Positions 60,053 to 64,000 of a stretch of DNA of 64,000 nt are shown here, in pieces (within the stretch, counting starts at the first letter, position 1; each line of letters begins with the position of its first letter). Source of the stretch: an uncultured Alphaproteobacteria bacterium (lineage in GTDB: Bacteria > Bacteroidota > Ignavibacteria > OLB7); NCBI GenBank assembly GCA_964462535.1, contig CAYWXV010000003.1, forward strand, positions 65,193 to 129,192, read 5' to 3'. Position numbers and translations under genes: made by a program. The notes beneath the pieces are model-generated. The model worked only from the letters and a program-made list of their open reading frames with translations. It did no database searches and was not told where the DNA came from.

Positions 60053-60602
60053 AACAGAGCCTCCTTGAGGTCAGTGTTGTGTGTTGAATCGTCTCGCGAT
60101 CGTGAGACGGGGTTCGTGTGATGGACCGAAGTCGACGTGGTACACGCTGGGTGTGAATGGGTGTTACTGAGTCACGAGCGGTTGAGTTTTGATGGAGCGT
60201 GTTCAGTTGCACGTCGTCGATTGGTGGTGCTCATATCGTGGAGGAATGTCTAACAGAACTAGTCTCCGTAGTCTGCGATCGCGTCCGGCCGGGCGCGAAC
60301 ATGGACTCGCTGTCGCTCTCGAGGGCGAGCCGAGATCGATGCTGAACTGATCTTGTGTTGTAGAGAAACGGATGCGATGCATCGTGGCCGCAGGCCCGCA
60401 CCACCCTCCACGCGCCACCCAGCTCGCGACCACGGCGAGCCCGCGGTCGTCCGTCTGCTAAGAGAGATGTTGGACAATCGACAACCCTCGATCGATCAGA
60501 AACGGGTTGCGCGCCTCGTGTTACGAATTCGTGATGTGCATGGTGCTCGGTATTGGATCTACTTGCGTGCTCGTTACGATCCATACCCACACGCAGACCT
60601 CC

Positions 60603-62549
60603 ATGTCCTACACGAACGGTTCGGTCCATCATGAGCAGGACGAGATTCGCGACCTGATGCAACAATTGATGGAGCTTCGCTCCGAGATGGTTGCCACGAC
60701 GGCCCCTCATCGGTCACGTCTGTCGCGGATTCACGCCAACTACCGTCATAGCGCCCGCAACCTCCTCCACTACCTCACGCTCCGTCGACGGGACATGCGG
60801 CATCTGCAGCTCCGGCTGGCGGCCCTCGGCCTCTCCTCGTTGGGGCGGGCCGAGTCGCACGTGCTGGCAACGATCGATTCCGTCCTTCACCTGCTCCATC
60901 GTCTTGCGGGTGAGACGTGGGAGGGGGGCGACAATTCTGAACCCGCTATCGATTTCCGTCGTGGACAACGACTCTTGCAGGAGCACACCGAGCAACTGCT
61001 GGGACCCCCGGCACAAGGGAGGACCGTGAGGATCATGGTCACGATGCCGAGCGAGGCAGCGGACGACTACACGTTGATCTACAATCTGCTTAAGGGGGGG
61101 ATGGAGTGCATGCGCATAAACTGTGCGCACGATGACCGGGATAGCTGGATGCGTATGATCGATCATCTGCGGCGTGCAGAGCAGGCGCTTGGAAAGAGTT
61201 GCATCGTCGTGATGGACCTGGCCGGACCGAAGCTGCGTACCGGGCCACTGCACCCTGGCCCCGCCGTTGCGCGCGTCCGTCCTCGGCGCGACGCGTACGG
61301 TCGTGTTCTAGCGCCCGCGCGTCTCTGGCTTACATCCGACGATGACCCACGCGATCCTCCCTCTCCCGCGGACGCGATCCTTCCACTGCCCGAGGAGTGG
61401 TTGCTCATTCTCGAGCCCGATGAGAAGATTTCGTTTGTCGATGCGAGGGGTTCGAGGAGGACGATTACGGTCGTCGATGTCGCCCCCGGTGGTGTGTGGG
61501 GAGAACTCGATTCCAAGGCATACATCGTTCCAGGGACGATCCTCCGCGTCGAGGGGGGAGGGCCGGTGACGAGCGAACGTGTTGCGCCCGTCGGGCCACT
61601 TCCACACGATGAAAACTGGATTACGCTGAGAGAGGGTGATCTGCTGACCGTCACACGTGATCAACGTCCCGGGCGGGACGCGACGCATGACAGCGCCGGC
61701 AATCTGTTGACACCCGCGTCGATCGGCTGCACGTTGCCCGAGGTTTTCGACGACGTTGCGCGTGGCGAACCAATCTGGTTTGACGACGGACGCATCGGTG
61801 GTGTCGTCGAGAGTGTCGATCAACATCACGCGACCGTCCGCATCACCTACGCTGATCCAAACGGTGCGCGACTCCGAGCCGACAAGGGGATCAACCTCCC
61901 GGACAGCAGGTTAAAGCTTGCCGCGCTGACGGATGCAGATATCGACGATCTGGTTTTCGTATCGGCGCACGCCGACATCGTCGCAATGTCGTTCGCCAAC
62001 AGCTCACGGGACGTCGAAGCTCTTCAGAATGCTCTGGTGCGACTTGGTGGAAATCATCCGTCGATTGTTCTGAAGATTGAGACACGGCGTGGTTTCGAAA
62101 ACCTCCCGCAAATGCTATTGACTGCAATGCGGGCACGCTGTTGTGGAGTAATGATTGCACGAGGGGACCTTGCCGTCGAGTGTGGTTTCGAGCGACTTGC
62201 CGAGGCGCAGGAAGAAATACTCTGGATTTGCGAGGCAGCCCATGTTCCTGTAATCTGGGCAACACAGGTTCTGGAGACGCTGGCCAAAAAAGGAATGCCT
62301 TCACGGGCGGAAATAACAGATGCGGCGATGGGGCATCGGGCAGAGTGTGTCATGCTCAACAAGGGGCCACACGTTGTCAAGGCTGTGTCAGTGCTCGACG
62401 ACATCCTCCGACGAATGCAGGCGCATCAGGCTAAGAAGAGGGCGATGCTCCGCGAACTCCACCTTGCACACGTCCTCCCGTACGACCCGCCAACAATTAC
62501 TGCAGACGAACAGGTCAATGCAGGGGAAGCGTTTGACGTTGAGCCCTAG
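60603..62549 (+). CDS. pyruvate kinase-like protein (A/B domains present, ~170-aa N-terminal extension, no C-terminal effector domain)
   Basis: RIMVTMPSEAADDYTLIYNLLKGGMECMRINCAHDD...AGPKLRTG and KGINLPDS...MIARGDLAVE...ATQVLETL...AEITDAAMG...CVMLNKG align with PK motifs. The protein ends ~50 aa after the last A-domain motif. ATG at 60603. Confidence 0.65.
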   Translation: MSYTNGSVHHEQDEIRDLMQQLMELRSEMVATTAPHRSRLSRIHANYRHSARNLLHYLTLRRRDMRHLQLRLAALGLSSLGRAESHVLATIDSVLHLLHRLAGETWEGGDNSEPAIDFRRGQRLLQEHTEQLLGPPAQGRTVRIMVTMPSEAADDYTLIYNLLKGGMECMRINCAHDDRDSWMRMIDHLRRAEQALGKSCIVVMDLAGPKLRTGPLHPGPAVARVRPRRDAYGRVLAPARLWLTSDDDPRDPPSPADAILPLPEEWLLILEPDEKISFVDARGSRRTITVVDVAPGGVWGELDSKAYIVPGTILRVEGGGPVTSERVAPVGPLPHDENWITLREGDLLTVTRDQRPGRDATHDSAGNLLTPASIGCTLPEVFDDVARGEPIWFDDGRIGGVVESVDQHHATVRITYADPNGARLRADKGINLPDSRLKLAALTDADIDDLVFVSAHADIVAMSFANSSRDVEALQNALVRLGGNHPSIVLKIETRRGFENLPQMLLTAMRARCCGVMIARGDLAVECGFERLAEAQEEILWICEAAHVPVIWATQVLETLAKKGMPSRAEITDAAMGHRAECVMLNKGPHVVKAVSVLDDILRRMQAHQAKKRAMLRELHLAHVLPYDPPTITADEQVNAGEAFDVEP

Positions 62550-62657
62550 TGCAGCACATCGTCGCGACGATCTGCTCCGTCGTCTTTCCCGATCAAGCGA
62601 TTTCAATGTGCGGCTCAAATAGTAGTTTGAGGCCCACTCTCACCTAATCCGAGACCG

Positions 62658-63050
62658 ATGAATTGGAAACTCGTTCTGCAGCTCTCCATGTTTGGCCTCT
62701 TTATGGCCATTGGAACCGTCTGGTTTATTCCGTGGGGAGTTGAACCCTTCTGCTGGTTGGCGATTTTTATTATCTGCGCAATCATTCTGGCGCGCAAACT
62801 GGAGAACAGGCACTTCGTCCACGCATTGATGGTCGGCGTATTCAACTCGGTCTGGATGACGTCGTTCCACATCATCTTCTTCGACACCTACATCGCCGCC
62901 CATCCCGACGAGGCCGTGCAAATGCAGTCCATGCCGTTTGGTGGGACAACGCTAACAATGCTCCTGTTTGGACCAGTTATCGGTGTCGTGAGTGGCGCCG
63001 TGCTGGGACTGTTCACATTGGTAGCCAGGCGGCTGACGAAGCGAGCGTGA
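62658..63050 (+). CDS. small integral membrane protein (4 predicted TM), unknown function
   Basis: Hydrophobic segments MFGLFMAIGTVWFI, FCWLAIFIICAIILA, ALMVGVFNSVWMTSF, LLFGPVIGVVSGAVLGLF. Confidence 0.5.
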   Translation: MNWKLVLQLSMFGLFMAIGTVWFIPWGVEPFCWLAIFIICAIILARKLENRHFVHALMVGVFNSVWMTSFHIIFFDTYIAAHPDEAVQMQSMPFGGTTLTMLLFGPVIGVVSGAVLGLFTLVARRLTKRA

Positions 63051-63405
63051 CGGGTTGGGATAGTAGAGTGCGGCCGTTGCACTGCAGCTCTCACAAGACA
63101 GCCACTCTCTCATGTCCCACAACCGTCGCCGGTGCACGCCCGCATACAACCGAACGCGGAGCGAGATCAACGAATGACTACCCCGTCAACGCCTTCATTG
63201 CCTTTCATCGCGGTTGGAATGGCGCCTGGCCAGTGCGGCATTCGCACGAGATAGTAACGACAACGTAGCAGCGCGGCCTTTGCACGCCCCGGATCTCGGC
63301 CGCCGGTCGCCTCTCTGAAGCGAGTCGCCGCATTCATCACAACAGCGTGAGCAAGCACGACGCTGCACCGCCGTGATCCGTATGCGACGGTGTGCGCGTC
63401 GCTCA

Positions 63406-63426
63406 ACACTTTCCACTTTCCACTTT
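63406..63426. repeat. 3 x 7-bp tandem repeat (CACTTTC)
   Basis: cactttc cactttc cactttc, read directly from the intergenic sequence. Confidence 0.8.
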
Positions 63427-63734
63427 CGATCGAGTCTTCTACCTTTGCCCCGCGACACCTTCTAATCCACGGGCCGGCCCCAAACCCCTCCACATCTCAT
63501 GGAGCCGCCCGAACCCTCCTGTCGCACCATCCGCAACCCTGCGCGGAACTACAACACAACTCAGTTCAACTGGCACGCACACGGCCACTTCGGCTCCTGC
63601 AACGATCTCAGGACCAACCGGACGGCACGATGGGCGAATTGCTGCCGCATGGGTGGAGTGTAGGCTCAACACGCTCCACACCCAGCAGCATGTTCGCGCG
63701 CATTCGTACTTGACGCGTTACATCCGTTCTGAAA

Positions 63735-64000
63735 ATGAGGAAGTCGACCGGCGGCACGCTGACATACTCCCCAAGCGACCTGATTCGCTACCTCGCCTCG
63801 CCCTTCGCGTCGTGGATGGATCGCTATTACCTGGAGTTTCCGGGTGAGCTGACGCCCGATGCAGAGACGGAGGAGCAGCAGCTGATCGCCAATACCGGTC
63901 GCGCGCACGAACAGTTGGTCCTGGAACAGCTCGTGGCGGATGGGGGCTACTCCATCGAGCGGGTCGCGTCACCCGAGGCCACCCTGGCTGCCATTGAGGC
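63735..64000 (+). CDS. 5' end of a gene continuing past the window; hypothetical (possible PD-(D/E)XK/RecB-family nuclease-like N-terminus)
   Basis: ATG at 63735. Open frame to the window end with strong GC3 bias. MRKSTGGTLTYSPSDLIRYLASPFASWMDRYYLE resembles N-termini of RecB-family nuclease-like proteins; this is weak evidence. Confidence 0.45.
   Translation, partial: MRKSTGGTLTYSPSDLIRYLASPFASWMDRYYLEFPGELTPDAETEEQQLIANTGRAHEQLVLEQLVADGGYSIERVASPEATLAAIE

Noticed and set aside
1-64000. CRISPR arrays, IS elements, integrases, prophage genes, toxin-antitoxin pairs or defense islands
   Set aside because: No repeat-spacer periodicity, no transposase or integrase motifs (DDE, tyrosine recombinase R..H..R..Y) and no phage structural genes seen in any frame. 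The window looks like core chromosome.

Overview
The window is high-GC (about 60%) bacterial chromosomal DNA with dense, mostly housekeeping coding on both strands. Recognisable genes include pyrK-pyrD, a UvrD/PcrA helicase, glutamine-dependent nadE, metK / SAM-methyltransferase / ahcY, rpmB, tsaC (Sua5), gyrA followed by tRNA-Leu(CAA), rpmE, rpsR, an HU-family gene, polA, a MATE exporter, pspA and a class-III aminotransferase. Three large tandem paralogues carry C-terminal type IX secretion (T9SS) sorting domains. Together with a DUF4295 micro-ORF beside rpmE, a BatA-like N-terminal double-TM vWA protein and a DUF2233 lipoprotein, this points to an FCB-group (Bacteroidota/Rhodothermota-like) organism. 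This lineage call is an inference, not a database result. No CRISPR array, transposase, integrase or prophage gene was recognised. The most unusual element is a four-gene plus-strand locus at 7239-14613, embedded between uvrD and nadE. It encodes a bitopic inner-membrane protein with a roughly 620-aa periplasmic region, two paralogous outer-membrane beta-barrel-like proteins and a vWA-OmpA_C fusion. This looks like an uncharacterised envelope-spanning apparatus with no confident family assignment. Other points worth a second look are two conserved micro-ORFs missed by the 60-aa ORF cutoff (DUF4295; a 31-aa Arg/Lys-rich bS22/mS38-like peptide), a ChlI/MoxR-like AAA+ protein with degenerate Walker motifs, a pyruvate-kinase-like protein with an N-terminal extension and no C-terminal domain, and several clean intrinsic terminators.
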